From the IMG/VR virus record IMGVR_UViG_3300020221_001191: DNA of 64,000 nt. One strand, 5' to 3'. Position numbers and translations under genes: made by a program. The notes beneath the pieces were generated by a model. That model saw only the letters and a list, made by a program, of their open reading frames with translations. It was not told where the DNA came from and ran no database searches. The DNA comes from an uncultured virus (IMG/VR IMGVR_UViG_3300020221_001191). Its lineage: Duplodnaviria > Heunggongvirae > Uroviricota > Caudoviricetes. Below, piece after piece: positions 20,087 to 28,500 of this stretch; position 1 is the first letter of the stretch; each line of letters opens with the position of its first letter.

Positions 20087-21130
20087 CTAAGGACAAATAC
20101 CCCCCACACAATTGTTAATTCCACCACTTACTGAGATGAAATCGTAATGTTGAGTAAATGCACCACAAAACGTTTGAGAACCGTTGAAAGGTAACGTTAT
20201 AGCAACAGTATTTCCACTACAATTTACGTAGATAGAATTAAGTACATTGTTTTGTGTTTTTGTGTATGTGAAGCATTTACAACCAAATGGAGATCCACAT
20301 TGGTGAGAATTTATTACTTGACTATAATTACCAAACATACCACTGTACTGACCGACGTATACGATGGTGTTTGGTAAAAACGGAACCCCATTTCTTTTCA
20401 ATACTCTAAACCAAGCACCATTCGTAGCAAATGAGTATGTGTCAAAATTGGGTGTTGCCCAAAGGGTTTGACTAATTGTTAATGCAGACATTACGGGTGT
20501 ATATGCCGTTACATATTCATCACTTTCTGAGCAAGCAAGGTTTGAGTTGCCAGACCCAAAAGCTATAACCCACTCTGTGTATCCAGTTGGTTGTGGGCCA
20601 TTAGTTGTTGTGGTTGTTGTCACAGGCATTAATGTAGTTGTTGTGGTAATTGGTGATACTGTGGTCGTAGTTGTTGTTACTGGAGGTATTGGTGGTTGTG
20701 GTGTTAATCCACCAAAACAACACGGATAATCTACAACATAACAAGACTGAAATTCAAAATCGTTGATTACAAAACTTTCAGTAACATTAATATATATTTC
20801 TTGATTGATAGGTAGTGTTAAAATACCTGTTTCATTCCGAAACAAAAACTGACCTTTGTATCTTCCAACTTTTTTTGTGTCGAACGGTGTAAATTGATAA
20901 TAAACATAATATTGATCTTCAGTTATTAAATCCACAGGTTCTTTTTTCATAAATCCTGCTGGCCTCGAGACTATTCTTGGAACATCAGTTGTGATATCAA
21001 CCATAGAAAAAAATACGTCAGTGCCCTCCAAAAACCTCATCGATCTGTTGTAGTCATTTCTTCCATCCTTGATAACATTAATCTTCAACACAGGAAGTGT
21101 TGCGTTTTTTCTGATAAAAAATTCCATCAA
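20087..21130 (-). CDS. Putative virion protein with poly-Thr mucin-like linker and Cys-rich C-terminus
   Basis: MEFFIRKNATLPVLK N-domain; three PxTTTTT blocks; TATTTAT upstream. Confidence 0.75.
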   Translation of the reverse strand: MMEFFIRKNATLPVLKINVIKDGRNDYNRSMRFLEGTDVFFSMVDITTDVPRIVSRPAGFMKKEPVDLITEDQYYVYYQFTPFDTKKVGRYKGQFLFRNETGILTLPINQEIYINVTESFVINDFEFQSCYVVDYPCCFGGLTPQPPIPPVTTTTTTVSPITTTTTLMPVTTTTTTNGPQPTGYTEWVIAFGSGNSNLACSESDEYVTAYTPVMSALTISQTLWATPNFDTYSFATNGAWFRVLKRNGVPFLPNTIVYVGQYSGMFGNYSQVINSHQCGSPFGCKCFTYTKTQNNVLNSIYVNCSGNTVAITLPFNGSQTFCGAFTQHYDFISVSGGINNCVGGICP

Positions 21131-21154
21131 ATCTTTTAACTATAAATACTCCAA

Positions 21155-22822
21155 TTAAAATTCTTTTCTTAAATTAGATTCATAGAAATCAAACCTGTTG
21201 TGTTCGGTTGGAGTTAAAAGTAAGAGGCCTGGATATATTTTATTTTTAATTGTTTGTTTAAAACAATGAGACATTAAAGTTTGTTCATATGGAAAATCAA
21301 ATTTGGTTTCAATATAACATTTATAATTTCCCTCTTTGGACAAAATAATGGGCCAATTTGATAAATAAATTTCTCCAGTAGCATATGCTAACCCATCATA
21401 AGATTTTATATTTTTATATTCTAAATATGGTGAGTTTGCCGACTGACCGTGTTTAGGTAGTTGTTGATTGTTAGGCCAATGTTTTGATCTGAAATCTTGA
21501 TCAACATTATACCATGACCATTGTCTTTCATGACTTCCATAAAACTCTGTAAAGTTTAATTTTAAAAAATCAAAATTTTCTTTTTTTATAATTTGTAAAA
21601 GTTTTTTATACAGATGTCTAACATTTCTATTAAAACCATTTTTACAAACCGATTCACCACCAGTGTAAAAAAACATGTCATCTTCAAAAAACAAATAATA
21701 TTCCATATCTGAGTTTTCGAAATGTTCGGCCACCCAAACTCTACCCCCCGTTATACCTATATTATCTGTTTTTATGTGTTCGAATCCATATCTATCACAA
21801 AGATCAATATACTTAGAGGTTGTTGAGTAATCTGTTGAGTTATTTAGAAGAAATTTATTAGTCTTTTCGATAAAATCTGAATCATATAATAACATTGAGT
21901 TTATTAACGCTTCGAATTGTTTGGGGCTGTTGAAACTTATAATATATAAACCAACTTGACCATTAGTAATAGTCTTTATTATTCGTTCTTTCTTAAGTGA
22001 TTTAATTGTTATATTATTGTTTTTTAAATCTTCAAAAAATTTATATAAAAGACCATTGGGTTCAATTTCAACATAATCAATTATTGTTGGGTTGTTGTAT
22101 AATAATATTGAGAACAAACTTTCTTCAGTCCCCATCAATCCTCTTTCAATCGTGGATTTCATAAGATTATAATAAAGAGTATTCATTTGTCTAATCAGAC
22201 TGACGGGACCACCAAAAAAACCACCACGACAGACTTTATTGACTCTTGTACCTGTGATCTGATCCATTTTTTCAATATCAAACCCATGAATTTCTTTATC
22301 TGCCTGATAAGGAAAGCAAACAAACGTAAAGTTATCAAAAAGACTTTCTATTTTTGGTAATACCTTGTCATGCGTTAAATAACCCATTTGAACGGTATTT
22401 GCCAATCCAGCATCTATCCAATACAATTTTTCTGAATTAAATTTATCAAGCAAAACGGCGTCATGTAAAATAAACATTTTAGACATTACAATAGGGTTAT
22501 ACATTTCAAGTTTCGCTTGAGTTGAATCCTTTAACCAACCTGCTAAATTATACCACGTAGGATTCGTTCTTATTTTTTGAATTGAATTAAAAAATTCATT
22601 ATTTTTGAACCAATTTAGATCACGCAAAATAAATTGCGTGTTTGAATCATTTCTTTTTTCCATAACAAATTTCTGAAGTTCTACATCTCCAAAAATTATC
22701 ATATTATTATCAACCTTTAGAAGTTGTTCGAATTTACTTAAATAGTGGTCAAAAGATCTTGACCAATTTTCAGATAAGTTTCCTCTACCTATATCCCATA
22801 AACCTGTTACTAATGTTATCAT
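21155..22822 (-). CDS. HtrL/WlaTC-like glycosyltransferase fused to a GT-A domain
   Basis: TLVTGLWDIGR, YWIDAG, GGFFGG, MGTEESLF; second domain with FFEDD. Confidence 0.75.
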   Translation of the reverse strand: MITLVTGLWDIGRGNLSENWSRSFDHYLSKFEQLLKVDNNMIIFGDVELQKFVMEKRNDSNTQFILRDLNWFKNNEFFNSIQKIRTNPTWYNLAGWLKDSTQAKLEMYNPIVMSKMFILHDAVLLDKFNSEKLYWIDAGLANTVQMGYLTHDKVLPKIESLFDNFTFVCFPYQADKEIHGFDIEKMDQITGTRVNKVCRGGFFGGPVSLIRQMNTLYYNLMKSTIERGLMGTEESLFSILLYNNPTIIDYVEIEPNGLLYKFFEDLKNNNITIKSLKKERIIKTITNGQVGLYIISFNSPKQFEALINSMLLYDSDFIEKTNKFLLNNSTDYSTTSKYIDLCDRYGFEHIKTDNIGITGGRVWVAEHFENSDMEYYLFFEDDMFFYTGGESVCKNGFNRNVRHLYKKLLQIIKKENFDFLKLNFTEFYGSHERQWSWYNVDQDFRSKHWPNNQQLPKHGQSANSPYLEYKNIKSYDGLAYATGEIYLSNWPIILSKEGNYKCYIETKFDFPYEQTLMSHCFKQTIKNKIYPGLLLLTPTEHNRFDFYESNLRKEF

Positions 22823-23577
22823 TATCTTTCTAAATAACCAGTTTTATACCAAGTTTTTGAGTTGTCGTCAACACCTTCGTTTCTAAACCAAAAACAACCA
22901 CCTCTATCATTTGGTAAATGACCTACAATAGGGAAGGATTCAACCCTAGCTCTAAAATCATTATCTTTATTATAATTCATCACAATTTTTTGTATGTTAT
23001 GTTTTCCAAGATAAGCAGATAAAACTATATCATCACTCCAAGATTTACCAACAAATTCATCAAAAAAATCTTGTTTAAAAAAACCATTTTTATATGACAC
23101 TGTTTTATATCCTTCTAAAATTTTAACTCTTGTATCTTTTTGAACTGTTGTACAAAAATGACAACTACCATCAAAAGAAGATATACCAGCAAACCCTAAC
23201 GCAGAATCTGGATATTCTTTTCTTTTTTCAATATGGTATTCTATAAAACCATCGATATATTCTAGATCATCATCAACTGTTATTAAAATTGTATCATCAT
23301 TCCTATCTAATCTCATTATGGTTGGTAATATTTTTGTTAAAGACCCATAATCTTCAGTTCTAAAAATCTTTAATTTTTCATCTTTAATTGATTCTAACCA
23401 TTTAGGTATTACATATTTTTCATTTGATTTTTTACAAATATCTGGAATATTCAAATGGATTTCATAGTTGTTATATGATAAACCCAACAATCTTTCAATA
23501 ACTGGTTTTAACCCACCGACAGATCTATTTATTCTGTTTGGTATTGTTGTTAGTGTTAGTATTACTTTTTGATTCAT
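22822..23577 (-). CDS. GT-A fold glycosyltransferase (likely start MNQKVIL at 23577)
   Basis: LTTIPNR, DYGSLTK, ITVDDD, SDDIVLS motifs. Confidence 0.75.
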   Translation of the reverse strand: MNQKVILTLTTIPNRINRSVGGLKPVIERLLGLSYNNYEIHLNIPDICKKSNEKYVIPKWLESIKDEKLKIFRTEDYGSLTKILPTIMRLDRNDDTILITVDDDLEYIDGFIEYHIEKRKEYPDSALGFAGISSFDGSCHFCTTVQKDTRVKILEGYKTVSYKNGFFKQDFFDEFVGKSWSDDIVLSAYLGKHNIQKIVMNYNKDNDFRARVESFPIVGHLPNDRGGCFWFRNEGVDDNSKTWYKTGYLER

Positions 23578-23581
23578 TAAA

Positions 23582-24826
23582 TTATAAATTTCCAACAATC
23601 CTTTCACACCAATCTTTTGAAATTGAGTGAGGCCAAACAACCCAATAGGAAGGTATTTTTGTCGTTGGGAATTCTCTCCATATTTTACCATAACCATCAG
23701 GATCATTTTTAATTCTTACAATTTCATTTGCGTCGGCATCTTGTCTAAAAATTGTTTCATGTTCTTTATCGTGAAATGCCACGACCCAAAAGTCATAATC
23801 GGTTTCGGTAACTTTATTTAAATCCAAATCAATACAATGTTTAAAAATTGTTGAAAATGTTTTTTTCCATGATTCCTCGTTTTCAAAATTGTACGTGTTT
23901 GGTGGATATTTTTTATCCAAAGTTTCTTGTTGAACCGCTCTTGTTCTGAATAATATTCCTGCGTATTTTTCATAGTCTTGTACAGTCCTTTCAGACCCAA
24001 ACCATAATGAATAATTACCATCAAAAGTTTCACCATCTATACCTAATAACTGTCTGTTTTTAATGTGACAAGCAGTGTTTCTCAAATGCCAATCTTTATC
24101 ATCATCCCATTGTTTTGTTCTACCTTTTCTTGTGTATTCATGCCAAATCAAAACTTTATGTGGATGAAATAAGTCATAACCATGTGTATATGATCTTACC
24201 GTAATTGAAATTTCCTCACCATGAAAATAAAATTCAGGATCGTGTTGGACTTCAATTGAAAATTGTCCTATCGTGAAACAATAGTGTGCGGAATAAAATC
24301 TAGCAGGAATAGGTTCTTTCATTTCCCTCCATCCTGGTATAATTTCGGGTAAAAAGAATACAACTCCTTCAGGTGTAAATCTATCGAATACCATTCTCCA
24401 CGGTTCCATAATGCGAGCGGCGGGATCATTATCAGGATCAAATGATGATACATATCCTGTAAGTAATGGTTTTTTATGCCCTTTCTTTTGAAGTTGTTTA
24501 ATCATTTTAATCATTTCTTCGTCCCAATTTTTTTCGAATCTCATATGAGAATCAATTTGTAAAGTATATTCTTCTCCACCATACATTTGTTGGACTTGGT
24601 GTCTAGCCCAACAAACACCTTTCGATTCCGTATATGGAATGTTTAATATTTTGAATCTTTTGTCTTTGGAATATTTTGATAAATCATCAAAACCATCTTC
24701 AGGATGAAATTGTCTTGCAATACCGAATCTAAGATTTCTTGGTTTTTTTGCATTTTCCAACATGTTTTCAATTGTTTGGATCAATTGTGGGTCTCTGTAC
24801 GACGCGATTTGTACAAATATTTTCAT
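23582..24826 (-). CDS. GT60 / Gnt1-like polypeptide alpha-GlcNAc transferase
   Basis: IFVQIASYRD, GVCWAR, LQIDSHMRF.KNWD, F.GEEI, R.YTHGYD signatures. Confidence 0.8.
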   Translation of the reverse strand: MKIFVQIASYRDPQLIQTIENMLENAKKPRNLRFGIARQFHPEDGFDDLSKYSKDKRFKILNIPYTESKGVCWARHQVQQMYGGEEYTLQIDSHMRFEKNWDEEMIKMIKQLQKKGHKKPLLTGYVSSFDPDNDPAARIMEPWRMVFDRFTPEGVVFFLPEIIPGWREMKEPIPARFYSAHYCFTIGQFSIEVQHDPEFYFHGEEISITVRSYTHGYDLFHPHKVLIWHEYTRKGRTKQWDDDKDWHLRNTACHIKNRQLLGIDGETFDGNYSLWFGSERTVQDYEKYAGILFRTRAVQQETLDKKYPPNTYNFENEESWKKTFSTIFKHCIDLDLNKVTETDYDFWVVAFHDKEHETIFRQDADANEIVRIKNDPDGYGKIWREFPTTKIPSYWVVWPHSISKDWCERIVGNL

Positions 24827-24863
24827 AAAATTAAAATATCAAACAAATATCAGTTGTAAATTA

Positions 24864-25160
24864 TTAAGGACCTTCAAAGATATAAATTGACGCATCTTGG
24901 AATAAAAAGATAGGAAAGTCTTGAAACATTTTCCCATAAATTTTTTGGCAGTTAAGAGTATATATTTTTTCACAACCAGCACCATCAACAATTTTTAATA
25001 TGATTGGTGTTGTGTTGTCTAATGGAAATGGTATGTCAAATGTAAAAGGACCACCAACGATTGTTGCAACAAAAAAACAATAAGTTATGGTTGCATCACA
25101 TACATAGATATCAAATGGTGATGTTCCCGAAATTGAATTTATTTGTAATTGATTTGGCAT
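24864..25160 (-). CDS. Small hypothetical protein, probably structural
   Basis: 98 aa beta-rich ORF; TATTTAT upstream. Confidence 0.7.
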   Translation of the reverse strand: MPNQLQINSISGTSPFDIYVCDATITYCFFVATIVGGPFTFDIPFPLDNTTPIILKIVDGAGCEKIYTLNCQKIYGKMFQDFPIFLFQDASIYIFEGP

Positions 25161-25217
25161 TAAAGTCGGTATTGTTTTTAGATAAATATTACTACCCGAC
25201 TATTTCAATAACTTTTT

Positions 25218-25501
25218 GATATACCTGAAGAACTGACGGGTGACATTCAAATTTTTCTTTTCTTTCTAAACAACCAACCAAAGAAGGAATACCTTGTATT
25301 GATCCCCACTCTCTAACACCAACAGTAACTCAAACGGCTAGTTTGACACCGAGTCATACACCAACGCCAACAGTTACACCATCATACCATCCATGTGGAT
25401 ATCAACCAATTATTGTAATACCAAGCCCAAGTAATTATAGGACACCAACACCAACACTAACACCGAACATCAACCCGTGTTTGTTGAGAAGTCTTCAATG
25501 A
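25218..25501 (+). pseudogene. Start-less remnant of a Pro-Thr-rich protein similar to 37405..37827
   Basis: Frame reading TPTVTQTASLTPSHTPTPTVTPSYHPC...TPTPTLTPNINPCLLRSLQ* with upstream stops and no start codon. Confidence 0.6.
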
Positions 25502-25575
25502 CAAAAATAATAAATTACAATAATTATAATGATATATAGATTTAGTTTCCAAGTCATAAATATTTATAGTTTAAG

Positions 25576-28500
25576 ATGCCACAATATAATAGATTAACTG
25601 ATAGGTCGAGAGTTTCTGCGGTCACACTGAATGACATTATACATGTTGTTGTTACTGGTGATACATCACAGAGTCCTCAGGGATCATCATATTTTGCACC
25701 TTTAAGTGATTTACAATCAATATTAAGCGGATCAAGTGGTACCAATGGTACTTCAGGAACAAATGGAACTAGCGGTACTAATGGTACCTCAGGAATTAAT
25801 GGGACTAGTGGTTCTTCAGGAACTTCTGGCTCATCAGGAATAAGTGGAACATCGGGTTCTTCAGGAACAAGTGGTGTTTCAGGTACCAATGGATCAAGTG
25901 GTTCAAGCGGTACAAGTGGAATTAATGGTACATCAGGATCTTCAGGTATTGATGGTAGTAGTGGAACTTCAGGTTCAAGTGGAACCAATGGTACTAGTGG
26001 TACAAATGGTTTTGACGGAACATCAGGATCATCAGGAACTAGTGGTTCTTCAGGATTAAGTGGAACAGATGGTACGTCGGGAAGTTCTGGAACAAGCGGA
26101 ACAGATGGTACTAGCGGTACGAATGGAACAAGCGGAACAGATGGTAGTTCAGGAACTAGCGGAACTTCAGGTTCAAGCGGTATTGCTGGGACTAGCGGAA
26201 CTTCAGGTTCTTCAGGGATAGACGGAACAAGTGGTACTTCAGGTTCTTCAGGTATTGACGGCACTTCAGGAACATCGGGATCAAGCGGAACAAGTGGTAC
26301 TAATGGAACTGATGGGTCTAGCGGTACGGATGGAACTAATGGGTCAAGTGGAACTTCAGGAACCAACGGTACAGATGGAAGTAGTGGAACATCAGGTTCT
26401 AGTGGAACAAATGGTACTAGCGGGTCATCCGGATCTAGCGGTACATCAGGGTCAAGTGGAACTAATGGTACTAGCGGGTCTTCAGGTACATCAGGAACTA
26501 ACGGTACTAATGGAACAAGTGGAAGTAGCGGTACGGACGGAACATCAGGGTCTTCAGGAACTAATGGGACATCAGGTACAAATGGTACATCAGGAACCAA
26601 TGGAACTTCAGGAACGAACGGTACAAATGGTACATCAGGAACCAATGGAACTTCAGGGACAAGTGGAAGTAGCGGTACCGACGGAACATCAGGGTCTAGC
26701 GGTACTAGCGGAAGTTCGGGAACAAATGGAACATCAGGGTCTAGCGGATCAAGTGGTAGTTCAGGTTCTAGCGGTACAGACGGTACTTCAGGTACTTCAG
26801 GTTCAAGTGGTATAGACGGTACATCAGGTACATCAGGGAGCTCAGGCTCAAGCGGAACAAGTGGTTCTTCAGGCTCTAGTGGAACAAATGGTTCTTCAGG
26901 AACCTCAGGAACTAGCGGCTCTTCAGGTACAGATGGTACAAGTGGAACAAGTGGTTCATCAGGGACTAGCGGTTCTTCAGGAACAAGTGGTTCATCAGGA
27001 ACTAGCGGTTCTTCAGGAACAAGTGGTTCATCAGGTACCTCAGGTTCTAGTGGAAGTTCAGGTACAGATGGTACATCAGGAACAAGTGGTTCTTCAGGTT
27101 CTAGTGGAAGTTCAGGTACAGATGGTACATCAGGAACAAGTGGTTCATCAGGAACAAGTGGAAGTTCAGGTACAGATGGTTCATCAGGAACAAGCGGTTC
27201 ATCAGGTACTTCAGGAAGTTCAGGTTCATCAGGTACTTCAGGAAGTTCAGGTTCATCAGGTACTTCAGGAAGTTCAGGTTCATCAGGTACTTCAGGAAGT
27301 TCAGGTTCATCAGGAACAGATGGTACAAGTGGTACAAGCGGCTCATCAGGAACAAGCGGTTCATCAGGTACATCAGGGAGCTCAGGTTCAAGCGGAACAA
27401 GCGGTTCATCAGGTACTTCAGGAAGTTCAGGTTCATCAGGTACTTCAGGAAGTTCAGGTTCATCAGGAACAGATGGTACTTCAGGTACATCAGGTTCTAG
27501 TGGCTCATCGGGTTCCTCTGGAACAAGTGGTTCTTCAGGAACCTCAGGTTCTAGCGGCTCATCGGGTACTGATGGCACGTCTGGTACAAGTGGATCATCA
27601 GGAACAGATGGTACAAGTGGATCATCAGGAACAGATGGTACAAGTGGTACATCAGGAAGTTCAGGTACAAGTGGTTCTTCAGGTTCATCAGGAACTTCAG
27701 GAAGTTCAGGCTCCTCAGGTACAAATGGTACTTCAGGGACTGATGGGACTAGCGGAACATCAGGTTCTTCAGGAACTAGCGGAAGCTCAGGTTCTTCAGG
27801 AACTAGCGGAAGCTCAGGTTCTTCAGGAACTAGCGGAAGCTCAGGTTCATCAGGCACTTCAGGTAGCTCAGGTTCTTCAGGAACTAGCGGAAGCTCAGGT
27901 TCTTCAGGAACTTCAGGAAGTTCAGGTTCTTCAGGTACAAATGGTACTTCAGGGACTGATGGGACTAGCGGAACATCAGGTTCTTCAGGAACTAGCGGAA
28001 GCTCAGGTTCATCAGGCACTTCAGGTAGCTCAGGTTCTTCAGGAACTAGCGGAAGCTCAGGTTCTTCAGGAACTTCAGGAAGTTCAGGTTCTTCAGGAAC
28101 TTCAGGAACTTCAGGTACAAGTGGAACAAATGGAACCAGCGGAACTAATGGTACTTCAGGGACAAATGGTACTAGCGGTAGTTCAGGGACAAATGGGGGG
28201 TCAGGGACTGATGGCACCAGCGGAAGCTCAGGAACAAACGGAACTTCAGGATCTAGTGGAACAAATGGAACCTCGGGGTCTAGTGGAACTAACGGAACAA
28301 ATGGAACTAGTGGATCATCAGGTACTAATGGCACAAGTGGAACTAATGGTACTAGCGGTACATCAGGATCATCTGGTACTAGCGGATCTTCAGGTTCAAG
28401 TGGAACAAACGGAACCTCTGGTTCTTCGGGTACAAATGGTACTTCAGGATCAAGTGGAACAAATGGATCTTCAGGTACTAATGGAACTAGCGGTTCATCT

